64,000 nt of DNA from an uncultured Chlamydiae bacterium. Lineage in GTDB: Bacteria > Chlamydiota > Chlamydiia > Chlamydiales > SM23-39. Below the pieces are notes generated by a model. It saw nothing but the letters and a program-made list of their open reading frames with translations, was not told where the DNA came from and ran no database searches. The stretch lies in the NCBI GenBank assembly GCA_963730605.1, contig CAVSSM010000011.1, positions 1-64,000 on the forward strand, in the 5' to 3' direction. Both the position numbers and the translations under genes were made by a program. Numbering within the stretch: the stretch's first letter is position 1; each line of letters opens with the position of its first letter. Of this stretch, positions 1 through 31,691 are shown piece after piece.

Positions 1-19893
<19,893 letters not shown>

Positions 19894-19897
<4 letters not shown>

Positions 19898-19922
19898 CTT
19901 TGACACTTAGCTAAAGTATACG
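19894..19922 (+). promoter_or_regulatory. Putative sigma70-type promoter of fumC (TTGACT-N17-TATACG)
   Basis: Hexamers are 17 nt apart; the -10 ends 7 nt before the fumC ATG. Confidence 0.45.
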
Positions 19923-19929
19923 CCAGTAC

Positions 19930-21318
19930 ATGGGACAATTTCGCCGCGAAACGGACAGCATGGGAGAGGTAGAGGTCCCTGCCGATCGCTACTACGGCGC
20001 GCAAACGATGCGCTCGCTGCAGCACTTTTCAATCGGCCGCGACCTGATGCCCCCGGAGCTCATCAAGGCTTTCGGGATCTTGAAGAAAGCGGCTGCGCTG
20101 GTCAATTGCGATTTGGGAAAGTTAGATAAAAAACGGTGCGGCCTGATAGTCGAGGCTTGCGAAGAGGTCATTGCAGGCAAGCTCGCATCCCATTTCCCCC
20201 TGCATATTTGGCAGACGGGAAGCGGGACGCAGACGAACATGAACGTAAATGAGGTGATCGCGAACCGGGCGATCCAAATCGCCAAAGGCAAGATGGGAAG
20301 CAAAGACCCGGTCCATCCCAACGATCATGTCAATATGTCCCAATCGTCGAACGACACATTCCCGACCGCCATGCACATTGCAGGCGCAATGGAAATCCAA
20401 GAAGGGCTCCTTCCCGCTTTGAAAAGTTTGAAAGCGGCTTTTGAAAAGAAGGAGATGGAATTTCAAGGGATCGTCAAAATCGGACGGACGCATTTGCAAG
20501 ATGCGACGCCGCTCATGTTGAGCCAGGAGTTTTCCGGCTACGTCTCGCTTCTTGAGCGGAGCCTAAAAGGGATCGAGCAAGCAGCCGATGGACTATACGA
20601 TCTTGCGATCGGAGGGACGGCAGTAGGGACAGGTTTAAACACGCACCCTCAATTTGCGGCGAGAGCGTCGAAAAAGATCGCGGAGTTGACGGGCCTTCCT
20701 TTCAGATCCCATCCGAACAAATTCGCGGCCCTTTCCTCTCACGATGAAATTGTCTTTGTCAGCGGAGCATTGAAGACTGCGGCTACGGCGCTCATGAAGA
20801 TCGCCAACGATCTGCGCTGGTTAGGTTCGGGGCCGCGCTGCGGCCTCAACGAGCTTTTCTTGCCTGAAAACGAGCCGGGCTCTTCCATCATGCCGGGCAA
20901 GGTGAACCCGACCCAGTGCGAAGCGTTGACGATGGTCGCAGTACAGGTGATGGGCAACGACGCGGCCATCGGCTTTGGAGGGTCGCAAGGCAATTTCGAA
21001 TTGAACGTCTTCAAACCGGTGATCATCCATAACCTTCTCCATTCGATTTTGATCCTGAAAGACTCTTGCCGGATGTTCGAGAAATATTGCGTTGCCGGAC
21101 TTAGACCGAATCTGCAGCGGATCGAGGAGTATGTGAAGAGCTCGCTGATGTTGGTTACGGCGCTCAGCCCGGTCATCGGTTATGATAAGAGCGCGAGTGT
21201 GGCCCACGCGGCGTATAAGGATGGGACGACGCTGCGCGAAGCCTGCGTCAAATTGGGCTTTTTAAGCGGCGAGGAGTTCGACAACCATGTCGTTCCGGAA
21301 GAGATGACCCACCCATGA
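19930..21318 (+). CDS. fumC: Class II fumarate hydratase
   Basis: [15 protein letters not shown] signature, [21 protein letters not shown]. Confidence 0.97.
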   Translation: MGQFRRETDSMGEVEVPADRYYGAQTMRSLQHFSIGRDLMPPELIKAFGILKKAAALVNCDLGKLDKKRCGLIVEACEEVIAGKLASHFPLHIWQTGSGTQTNMNVNEVIANRAIQIAKGKMGSKDPVHPNDHVNMSQSSNDTFPTAMHIAGAMEIQEGLLPALKSLKAAFEKKEMEFQGIVKIGRTHLQDATPLMLSQEFSGYVSLLERSLKGIEQAADGLYDLAIGGTAVGTGLNTHPQFAARASKKIAELTGLPFRSHPNKFAALSSHDEIVFVSGALKTAATALMKIANDLRWLGSGPRCGLNELFLPENEPGSSIMPGKVNPTQCEALTMVAVQVMGNDAAIGFGGSQGNFELNVFKPVIIHNLLHSILILKDSCRMFEKYCVAGLRPNLQRIEEYVKSSLMLVTALSPVIGYDKSASVAHAAYKDGTTLREACVKLGFLSGEEFDNHVVPEEMTHP

Positions 21319-23012
21319 GCTATTATGAAATCGGCTCCGAGTGGTCCCTGAAGACCCAGCTGAGCGGAAGAGAGGTCTTGGAACATCCGATCTTGAACAA
21401 AGGGACGGCATTTTCTCATGAGGAGAGGACAAAATTCAGACTACATGGGCTGATCCCCGCCGCCATCGAGATCCTTGACCAGCAAGTGGCCCGGACCTAT
21501 CAGGCGTATAAGAAAAAAACAGAAGACATCTCCCGCCATATCTTCTTACGCGAGCTGCAAGATCGCAATGAAACGGTTTTCTACCGCCTTTTGACGGAGC
21601 ATATCGGCGAAATGCTGCCGATGATCTATACCCCAGTCGTAGGGCTGGCTTGCCAAAGATTCAGCGAAATCTATCGCCGCTCTCGCGGCCTTTTCATCTC
21701 GTTTCCAGAACAAGATCGAATGGAAGAGATCATTGCGAACATCGAGCTGCCTGATGTGTCGGTGATTGTCGTGAGCGACGGAGAAAGGATCCTCGGGCTT
21801 GGCGACCAAGGGATCGGCGGAATGGGCATCCCCATCGGAAAAATTTCCCTCTACACTGCATGCGGAGGGATCTATCCGGGAATCGCCCTTCCCATCATCC
21901 TCGATACGGGGACCGATAACGAAGAGCGGCTGAAAGACTCTTTTTATTTTGGCTGGAGGCATAAACGGGTCAGAGGGAAAGAGTACGACGATTTTGTCGA
22001 TCGGTTTGTAACCGCGATCCTGAAGCGCTATCCGAACGTTCTTTTGCAATGGGAAGACTTTGCGAAAGAGCATGCAAGAGCCCTCCTCGAGCGGTACCGG
22101 GACCGCTGCTGCACGTTCAATGACGATATCCAAGGAACAGCGGCGGTCGCACTTGCCGGGATTTTAGCCGGAGTAGAGATCAATCAAGGCCGGATCACAG
22201 AGCAGCAGGTCGTCATTTATGGCGCCGGGTCTGCAGGGACCGGGATTGCCGATGAGATCGCAAGCGAAATGCAGAGGCGCGGCATTGGCGCCAAGGATGC
22301 TTGCCACCAAATTTGGATGATCGACCGGCATGGGCTCATCCATACTGGCATGACAGAGCTAAGCCCGGCGCAAAAAACCTATGCCCAAGTCAAGGAAGTC
22401 GTATCGAGCATGGGGATGGATCCTACGAAAGACATTTCATTGGAAGAGGTCGTCGAAAAAGCGCGCCCTACGATTTTGATCGGAGTGTCGGGCTGCCCAA
22501 AAGTCTTCACCGAAAAAGCGATCCGGGCCATGGCAGAGAACATCGAACGGCCCATCATTTTCCCGCTCTCTAATCCCACCTCTAAATGCGAGGCGGCTCC
22601 TGCCGATCTAATAGAGTGGACGGATGGCAAGGCGCTGATTGCCACAGGCACCGCCTATCCGGATGTCGTATGCAAGGGAAAAACCTACAAGATCGCCCAA
22701 TGCAACAACTACTATATTTTCCCAGCAATGGGACTCGGAGTAGTGGCCTCGAGAGCAAAACGGGTCACGGCCGGGATGTTTATCGCCGCATCGGAAGAGC
22801 TGGCGAGCCTCTCTCCCGCTTTGAAAGAGGAAGGGGCTCTCCTCTTTCCCCCGCCAGACGTTGTGCGGGAGATCGCCAAGAAACTAGCAGTCGTCATTGC
22901 GAAACAAGCCATGAAGGACAAAGTCGCGCCTGTTTTGAGTGATGAGGCTCTTCGCAAAGCAATCGATGAGACTTTTTGGATCCCAAAATACGCCTCGATC
23001 CAAAGTCGTTAA
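21315..23012 (+). CDS. maeA: NAD-dependent malic enzyme
   Basis: [36 protein letters not shown] overlap with fumC. Confidence 0.93.
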   Translation: MSYYEIGSEWSLKTQLSGREVLEHPILNKGTAFSHEERTKFRLHGLIPAAIEILDQQVARTYQAYKKKTEDISRHIFLRELQDRNETVFYRLLTEHIGEMLPMIYTPVVGLACQRFSEIYRRSRGLFISFPEQDRMEEIIANIELPDVSVIVVSDGERILGLGDQGIGGMGIPIGKISLYTACGGIYPGIALPIILDTGTDNEERLKDSFYFGWRHKRVRGKEYDDFVDRFVTAILKRYPNVLLQWEDFAKEHARALLERYRDRCCTFNDDIQGTAAVALAGILAGVEINQGRITEQQVVIYGAGSAGTGIADEIASEMQRRGIGAKDACHQIWMIDRHGLIHTGMTELSPAQKTYAQVKEVVSSMGMDPTKDISLEEVVEKARPTILIGVSGCPKVFTEKAIRAMAENIERPIIFPLSNPTSKCEAAPADLIEWTDGKALIATGTAYPDVVCKGKTYKIAQCNNYYIFPAMGLGVVASRAKRVTAGMFIAASEELASLSPALKEEGALLFPPPDVVREIAKKLAVVIAKQAMKDKVAPVLSDEALRKAIDETFWIPKYASIQSR

Positions 23013-23383
23013 GCCGTCAGATAATCGAACAGGTCTTTTTCCGTCGAAATAATTGGGCTTTTATGGATCTCGCAGAGGCGGCGGGAAGCTTCCAGGATTT
23101 CCGCATCTCCGACGCCCGGCAAGGCGAGGGCATGAAGCCGCTTCAAAAGTTCCAGGTGTTTGAATCCGGCCATGTAGTCGCCACGGCTAAATCCTTCTTC
23201 CTCAACGCGGAAATAGATGAGCTCTCTCTTATAGAGCAGGGCTTGGATAGCGAAGAACAAACCAAGGCTTCCCGCCGGTGGGTTGCCTAGGAAGTCGATG
23301 AGCTGCGGCAATTCGTGGAGAACATAAGGCTTTTTAAACTCTCCCTTTTCCGACTCCCCGAACAAAGCGACTATATGGCGCAT
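23009..23383 (-). CDS. Hypothetical protein (~124 aa)
   Basis: Clean ORF MRHIVALFGESEKG... with protein-like composition; its stop overlaps the malic enzyme stop. Confidence 0.7.
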   Translation of the reverse strand: MRHIVALFGESEKGEFKKPYVLHELPQLIDFLGNPPAGSLGLFFAIQALLYKRELIYFRVEEEGFSRGDYMAGFKHLELLKRLHALALPGVGDAEILEASRRLCEIHKSPIISTEKDLFDYLTA

Positions 23384-23385
23384 CG

Positions 23386-23739
23386 CTAACCCGCCCTCCA
23401 AATAGGTGACAAATGGCTTGCTGCGGCTCCCTGCGGGCCGATTCGCATTCGCTCATCTGCTCCGCGCTGCGAAGGTCCACTGGACCTTCTCGCGTTTCCG
23501 CAGCCATATCGATCCCTCCGGGCCGATTCGCATTCGCTCATCTGTTCCGCGCTGCAAAGGTCCATTGGACCTTCTCGCGTTTCCGCAGCCTCGCTTGCCT
23601 TAGCTTTAAGCAATGGTCGTCGCTCGTACGGAACGCTTCGCTTCGATCTGGCGTTCACACCCCTTCCGACGATGCGTCGGTGGGGACCCCGTGTGCCTCG
23701 CTGAGCCATTTGTTGCCACCTGTTTGAATGCCGGGTTAG
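23386..23739. mobile_element. MITE/REP-like element (family E) with ~35-bp imperfect terminal inverted repeats (TIRs) and an internal 85-bp tandem repeat
   Basis: Left end CTAACCCGCCCTCCAAATAGGTGACAAATGGCT; reverse complement of right end CTAACCCGGCATTCAAACAGGTGGCAACAAATGGCT. Internal copies at 23434-23505 and 23519-23590 each contain the palindrome AAGGTCCA-N-TGGACCTT. Confidence 0.75.
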
Positions 23740-23779
23740 TTCTTCCCTCTTTTTTGTTTAGATAGAGGGAAGCGCTAGT

Positions 23780-26135
<2,356 letters not shown>

Positions 26136-26139
<4 letters not shown>

Positions 26140-26861
26140 GAGGGCCTCATGGCGTAAAGGAGGATCGCTCCCGCCGCGGCAACGTTCAGCGATTCGGCCC
26201 CTTGGCGCATTGGGATATGAATTTTTTCATAGCGCTCAGCCCAAGGCGAGACCCCCTGCCCTTCGTTTCCTAAAATTAGGGCGCGGGGGCTTTTGAAAGC
26301 GGCGGCTTTGAGGGGTGTGCCCTGAACATCGCCGACATAAAAAGAAAAGTTCCAAGAAGCGATTCGTTCCGGCGATGCAATGGCATAGGGGAGCCTGAAG
26401 GTGGCTCCCAGAGCCGCCCGGATGGCTTTATCGTTGAAAAAATCGACAGTGCCCGGGGTCGCAACGACCCCATCCCAGGAAAGGGCGTAAGCGGTGCGAA
26501 GGAGCGTCCCCAAATTGCCGGGGTCGGCGATCCGGTCGAGGATCAAGAGGTTTTGGTAAGGCGTAAGGTCCCGGGGAGGGGGAAGCGGCGCTTCGGCGGC
26601 AAAGCCGTCGGGGTTTTCCAAACCGGTGATTTTCTTCAAAATGGACTCGCTTACAAGAAAACGTTCGGCAGCCGGGATTTCGGGGTGAGCCTCCAAGGTC
26701 ATGAGGCATTTGAGAGGGGCGTCTCGAGCAAGCTCCCGGACGAATTTTTCCCCTGAGATGAGGACAGCGCCCGCCTTTTCTCTAAGCGAGCGAGTCTTAA
26801 GGAGCTGAGCCCAATGGAGTACCCGGGGATGTTGTAAGCTCGAGATCTTTTTTGCTAGCAT
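26136..26861 (-). CDS. TrmH/SpoU-family RNA methyltransferase
   Basis: DPGNLGTLLRTA, LGNEGQG, ESLNVAAAG. Likely start MLAKK at 26861. Confidence 0.9.
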
Positions 26862-26870
26862 GAGCCTAGT

Positions 26871-28469
26871 ATGCAGGATGAGAAGATAAGGTTGAAGCCT
26901 CTCCACGCGGTTGGGTCGCTCGCCCAAAGGGCCGTGATTGTCAGCCTCTGTTTGCTCGTCGTCCCCCTATTCCTCCATAGTATTTTCCTCTACCGCGAGG
27001 AATATCAACAGACCTTGGCCGACGTTAAAGAAAATCTTTCGATCATGGCCAATGGTCAGAGAGCCATTTTGGAGGAAAGGAACAGCCTAGGATGGCAGGT
27101 CCTCGATGCAGCCGCGGCTAAAACCGAACCGGCCTTCATGCAGCAGCTTCACATTTTTGAAATGCCGATGCCGAGCGGACTGCCTGACCATTTCGCCACC
27201 TTCAGCTTGCAGGACAATTCGCTCCTTACAGGAAAAAAAATTTCCTCATCGAGCGCCCTTGTGATAGCGACGCCGATCGATACGGTATTCAATCAACTGA
27301 CCCATTTCGAAAAGAGCTCTTTCTCCCCATCTCTTGCTTTCGTAGACAAGGGAGGGAACCCCTTGATCGGCGCTCACCAGGAGACACCTATTTCGATCCA
27401 GCTGCCCGTAGAGAGGGCTGATTTTTTTCTCTACCTCTCAATTCCTGAAGGCGATATAGAGCGGCTCCACAAGGCATGGTATTTTTTCCACTTTTTGACG
27501 CTTCTTTTTTTTATCGGGGTCGTCGGAGGATTTATCGTCTGGCTGATCACGCAGCGGATCTCCAAGCCTCTTCGAGAGCTTTGCAAGGCCATGCAGCGGG
27601 TCGGAGAAGGGGCGGTTCATGTCCGCTATACGCCGGATAAAATGGGCTTCGAGATCAATGAACTCGGCAAACAGTTCAACCAAACGCTCGACCAGCTTCT
27701 TTTGCACAGCCAAGAGGCCGAACGGCAGAGGATCGCCCGGGAGCGGCTCGCGGAAGAATTGAAGATCGGCCATGATATCCAAGCAAGCCTCCTTCCAAAG
27801 CATCTGCCTGAATTGAAAGGGATCGAGATTGCCTCGGGCTTCCAGCCGGCAGCAGAAGTCGGAGGCGATTTTTACGATCTCTTCCCAATGGATGATGGCC
27901 GGCTGCTCATCGCTATCGCAGATACGGCGGGAAAAGGGGTCTCGGCCTGCCTTTATGCGCTTGGCCTCCGGAGCATGCTCCGGACTCTCGCTTTAGGAAA
28001 AGCGGGCCTTTCCGAAATTGTCTTGGGGGCAAACGATCTCTTTTGGCGCGATGCGAGACATTCGGGGATGTTCGTGACCCTTTGGATCGGGATCTATGAT
28101 CCGGACACAGCAGCTTTGGAGTATTGCAGCCAAGGGCATCCTCCCGCCTATTTGATCCATAGGGGGGAAGCCGAAGATCTATGGACTCCCGGGATCGCGA
28201 TGGGCGCTCAAGCGTTCGATATGGTTTCTTCCAAAACGCACAAGTTAAAAAAAGGCGATGTGCTCTTTCTCTATACCGATGGGATCATAGAGGCGCATAA
28301 CCTCGAAGGTCGATTGTTTGGAAAGGAAAGGCTGCAGGAATTCCTTAAGCGCTCAAGCCAGCTTTCCCCTCAAGCGATGGTCGAGCATCTTCTCAAGGAG
28401 ATCGAGGTTTTTAGCCGAGGAACTCCTCAACACGACGATATCGCGCTTCTCGTGATTCGGATCCATTGA
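26871..28469 (+). CDS. rsbU: Membrane-bound PP2C/SpoIIE phosphatase with HAMP domain (partner-switching regulator)
   Basis: Two TM segments, HAMP, VGGDFYD, IADTAGKG, YTDGIIE, HDDIA. Confidence 0.85.
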   Translation: MQDEKIRLKPLHAVGSLAQRAVIVSLCLLVVPLFLHSIFLYREEYQQTLADVKENLSIMANGQRAILEERNSLGWQVLDAAAAKTEPAFMQQLHIFEMPMPSGLPDHFATFSLQDNSLLTGKKISSSSALVIATPIDTVFNQLTHFEKSSFSPSLAFVDKGGNPLIGAHQETPISIQLPVERADFFLYLSIPEGDIERLHKAWYFFHFLTLLFFIGVVGGFIVWLITQRISKPLRELCKAMQRVGEGAVHVRYTPDKMGFEINELGKQFNQTLDQLLLHSQEAERQRIARERLAEELKIGHDIQASLLPKHLPELKGIEIASGFQPAAEVGGDFYDLFPMDDGRLLIAIADTAGKGVSACLYALGLRSMLRTLALGKAGLSEIVLGANDLFWRDARHSGMFVTLWIGIYDPDTAALEYCSQGHPPAYLIHRGEAEDLWTPGIAMGAQAFDMVSSKTHKLKKGDVLFLYTDGIIEAHNLEGRLFGKERLQEFLKRSSQLSPQAMVEHLLKEIEVFSRGTPQHDDIALLVIRIH

Positions 28470-28522
28470 AATAAAATTCTCGATCAGGCAAGGGTAAATT
28501 TGTTGCAAGCTAGGAGGAAATT

Positions 28523-28678
28523 ATGGCTGTGCGCAAGAAGAAGAGAAGAAAGACTGCAAAAAGAAGAGTGTTGAAAAGAAAGACTGCGAAGAAATCTGTA
28601 AAAAGAAAGAAACGGCGTAAAGCGAGCTCTAGCAAAATGAAAAAAAGCGGAACTTGCGGCGAGAGCTGCAGGGCTTAA
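28523..28678 (+). CDS. 51-aa Lys/Arg-rich protamine- or histone-like protein (not in ORF track)
   Basis: AGGAGG SD, then MAVRKKKRRKTAKRRVLKRKTAKKSVKRKKRRKASSSKMKKSGTCGESCRA*. Confidence 0.75.
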   Translation: MAVRKKKRRKTAKRRVLKRKTAKKSVKRKKRRKASSSKMKKSGTCGESCRA

Positions 28679-28687
28679 AAAATTCTT

Positions 28688-29647
28688 TTAACCTCGCCGT
28701 ATCGCATCGAATAGGGACTCGAAGACAAAAACCCCTTTCGATTTTTCGGCGAGGTTTTTCTTTTTTCTTGAAGAGACAGGATGGAGGAACGGATCAACTC
28801 TTCCCACTTCGAGATAAAGTTCATAAAGCCGCTTTGCTTGGGCGCTCATTCTTTGAGATCGGACTGTAATCCCTTTTAAGAAATAGAGAATCCAACTCTC
28901 CCAGTCGCCGCTTTCGGAAATATCATAGAGTTTCTGAACATACTGAAGCAGGTGGTCTTGGAAATAACTGCTTAAGAATAGAAAGGGCTTGGATAAAAGT
29001 TTTTTCTTATAAAGAAAGCATGGGATGTAGTCTCTTGCCACCCGGCCGTTGCCGTCCATGAATGGATGGATGATGAGCAGCTGAGCAAAGAGAAGAGACA
29101 GTTGGACGAGAGGTTCTTGGCTCATCTTCTGGTAGCTTACCCAGTCTTTGAGATATTTGGGGACAAGATGAGCTTTCGGCGGAAAAAAGTAGGCCTCCTC
29201 GATGGGGCAGGCTTCAGCTCCTATCCAATTTTGCCTCTTCCTGAGGTGCCCGATTTCTTCAGGATTGGGGGCGTCTCTTTTCAAACGCGCGTGAAGTTTA
29301 CAGAGGAAAGAGGTGCTCAGCGGTTTTTTTAAAGACCAGCCAATCGCAAAATCGAGCCCTTCCTTGGCTCTCAAGATTTTTTGCAGCATCGCCGCCCGTT
29401 TTTCCTCCGCTTTTTTCAAAAGCGCGAATTGGAGCACTTCCAAAAGATGGCTCTGGATATTCTGGGACCGGATGGTCTCAATCGAATCTTCCCATTTCAA
29501 AATTTCGAGAACTGGAAGTGGGATCAAGCGGAGAGTTTCATCGAAGCGGGCAAGCTCTTCGCGTGAATGCCCCAATGCGGGCGATAGATGCCGCCAATCG
29601 AGTTTCGGGGGGAGACGGATCGGGGTGCAGCTTTTCAATAAAGTCAT
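28688..29647 (-). CDS. Fic-domain protein
   Basis: Canonical HPFMDGNGRVAR active-site motif. Confidence 0.92.
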   Translation of the reverse strand: MTLLKSCTPIRLPPKLDWRHLSPALGHSREELARFDETLRLIPLPVLEILKWEDSIETIRSQNIQSHLLEVLQFALLKKAEEKRAAMLQKILRAKEGLDFAIGWSLKKPLSTSFLCKLHARLKRDAPNPEEIGHLRKRQNWIGAEACPIEEAYFFPPKAHLVPKYLKDWVSYQKMSQEPLVQLSLLFAQLLIIHPFMDGNGRVARDYIPCFLYKKKLLSKPFLFLSSYFQDHLLQYVQKLYDISESGDWESWILYFLKGITVRSQRMSAQAKRLYELYLEVGRVDPFLHPVSSRKKKNLAEKSKGVFVFESLFDAIRRG

Positions 29648-30874
29648 TCAGGGCCAGAGGTCCGATTGCAATAATATGGCGATGATGATTTCCGCATCGA
29701 AGATCTGCTGATTGGCGGAGATTCTGTCCGCTTCCTCCAGGAGAGCGCCCATCGCTTTACCTGGCTTTATTCCCGCTTTTATGAGGTCGCCCGATTTGAC
29801 AACGGGATCGTGCTTGCGGACCCGGTCGATGGAGCGGCTCAAATGCTCGATCCTTTCTTCGTGTTCTTTGAGGAAGGAGGCGTGGCGCCGGGGCTCTAGA
29901 TGCGCCCCGATGATTTGTAAAGAGAAGGAAGAGAAAGAATTGGCATAGAAATAAGCCCATTCGACCTTTTCGATAGGGCGAGGGGCATGGCAAAGCTCTT
30001 TCGCATGGAAAAGAAAGGTCGTAAATTGCTGCTCGAGGTTAGGGATTTTCAGTTTTTTCCCAAGATCGAGCTGCTCGTCAAGGGTAGCTTTGGGAAAAAG
30101 GGGCAGAAGAAAAGCGATGAGGGGCGCGTTGTAGGGATAGTCTTTGAGAGGATGGAGGAGGCGGTCGATTTCAGCAAGGTCAACTTTCTCGAGCTCGGGG
30201 AAAATGGATGAGAGGAGGCCAAATTCATGGAGTTTGATCAGCATGGGGCGGAGTTTTCCGAAAGCGTGCCCTTTTGCAAGCTCTTGCCAGATCCTTTCGA
30301 TGGCCACCGCTGGAAAAAGCTCTTTGCTATGAGCGCGGATGGCCTCCGATGTGGCCTCGTCGATCTGGAAACCGAAGCGGCAAGAAAGACGCACGGCGCG
30401 GATCATCCGCAGCCGGTCTTCCTTGATCCTTTCATGGGGATTCCCGATAGCCCGGATCACTTTTTTTTCCAGATCTTCCTTGCCGCCGACGAAATCGAGG
30501 ATTTCGTCTTTGAGGGGGTCGTAGAACATGCCATTGATGGTAAAATCGCGGCGCTTCGCGTCGACGGCCGCCGTTGAGAATTCGACCTTGGAAGGCCTCC
30601 TCCCATCTTTGTAATTGAAGTCTTGGCGAAACGTAGCTACTTCGTACTGCCGTCCTTCGATGATCACAAGGACGATCCCGAACGCGATCCCGACGGGCAC
30701 CGTCCGAGGAAAGAGGGCTTGGATCGTTTCGGGAGGGGCGTTTGTCGCAATGTCGATGTCATCGGAAGCGTGATTGAGGAGAAAGTCGCGCACCCATCCT
30801 CCCGCATAATAGGCGACATATCCGGCAGCGCCAAGGGTCTCCACGATAAAGCGGGCTTCCGCGTGCTCTTCCAT
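29648..30874 (-). CDS. CCA tRNA nucleotidyltransferase / poly(A) polymerase family
   Basis: GGWVRDFLL, DIDIAT, RRDFTING, EDRLRMIRAVR. Likely start MEEH at 30874. Confidence 0.92.
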   Translation of the reverse strand: MEEHAEARFIVETLGAAGYVAYYAGGWVRDFLLNHASDDIDIATNAPPETIQALFPRTVPVGIAFGIVLVIIEGRQYEVATFRQDFNYKDGRRPSKVEFSTAAVDAKRRDFTINGMFYDPLKDEILDFVGGKEDLEKKVIRAIGNPHERIKEDRLRMIRAVRLSCRFGFQIDEATSEAIRAHSKELFPAVAIERIWQELAKGHAFGKLRPMLIKLHEFGLLSSIFPELEKVDLAEIDRLLHPLKDYPYNAPLIAFLLPLFPKATLDEQLDLGKKLKIPNLEQQFTTFLFHAKELCHAPRPIEKVEWAYFYANSFSSFSLQIIGAHLEPRRHASFLKEHEERIEHLSRSIDRVRKHDPVVKSGDLIKAGIKPGKAMGALLEEADRISANQQIFDAEIIIAILLQSDLWP

Positions 30875-30878
30875 GTCT

Positions 30879-31655
30879 TTAAAATACCGCGATCGTAGAA
30901 AAAGTATAGGCAAATTCATCGCGAAGCCGTCTCTCGAAGTTGAGATGGAAACGGCCTGTCAGCGATACAGTCAGCCCGAAAAACCAGCCAAGCTTGTAGA
31001 CGTTGTGGAATTCGATCGGGCCTGTCTCTGGAGTTGATTCGACGTGAAGTTTGGAATTGAGGTAGCTCGCCCCGATGTAAGGAGTTAAAAAAGAGAACCG
31101 AGACGATAAGGCGCCGCTGAACTGCCATTCAGACAAGGAAAGATTGTGCTTGGTGAAGTCGATCGGCAATTTAAACCGGTTGAGGAACGTAAAAAACGTT
31201 TTATTCGATTCGGGGATGGTGAAATAGGTAAAATCGCAGCTCAAGTAGGTCTTTCCCCATTGGATGAGGACGACCTTGGTCCCAGCGCTCCAGGAGAACT
31301 GGTAGGAACTCTCGAAGCCTTCTAGGAGGGAGGGATGGGTGCGCCCTTTAGCTTGTTCTTTCGTTCCCCCGGCGGATCCGAAGATTTCCATCCGTTCGAC
31401 AAGGATGACCGAAAATGACGCAAACTGGGAATGGAGGCCGAATTCCTTGAAGGTTGCGTTGGGGTCGAAATCGGGGTTTTTCTGGGTTGCCTCATACCGT
31501 TTGTTGGAGGTGTAGTCGTAAATATAACCGCTCGTTCCCTTGATGAAAGGATAGCTGAGAGAGAAAAAACCTGTGTTCATGATCGCTGGATTGGCTGGAT
31601 TGCCCACATAGGCGCTAAAGAGGCAGAGTGGGAACAAAAGGAACAATCGCATCAT
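30879..31655 (-). CDS. MOMP-like outer membrane beta-barrel protein
   Basis: Signal peptide followed by YVGNPANP (cf. chlamydial MOMP PVGNPAEP), amphipathic strands, TPYIG, C-terminal Phe. Confidence 0.7.
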   Translation of the reverse strand: MMRLFLLFPLCLFSAYVGNPANPAIMNTGFFSLSYPFIKGTSGYIYDYTSNKRYEATQKNPDFDPNATFKEFGLHSQFASFSVILVERMEIFGSAGGTKEQAKGRTHPSLLEGFESSYQFSWSAGTKVVLIQWGKTYLSCDFTYFTIPESNKTFFTFLNRFKLPIDFTKHNLSLSEWQFSGALSSRFSFLTPYIGASYLNSKLHVESTPETGPIEFHNVYKLGWFFGLTVSLTGRFHLNFERRLRDEFAYTFSTIAVF

Positions 31656-31691
31656 GGTAAGGAAGTATACGTCCTGGTATAAATTCAGGAT

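Noticed and set aside
23434..23590. Two palindromic direct repeats as a mini-CRISPR
   Set aside because: The repeat is ~72 bp with only a 13-bp gap and lies within a TIR-bounded element.
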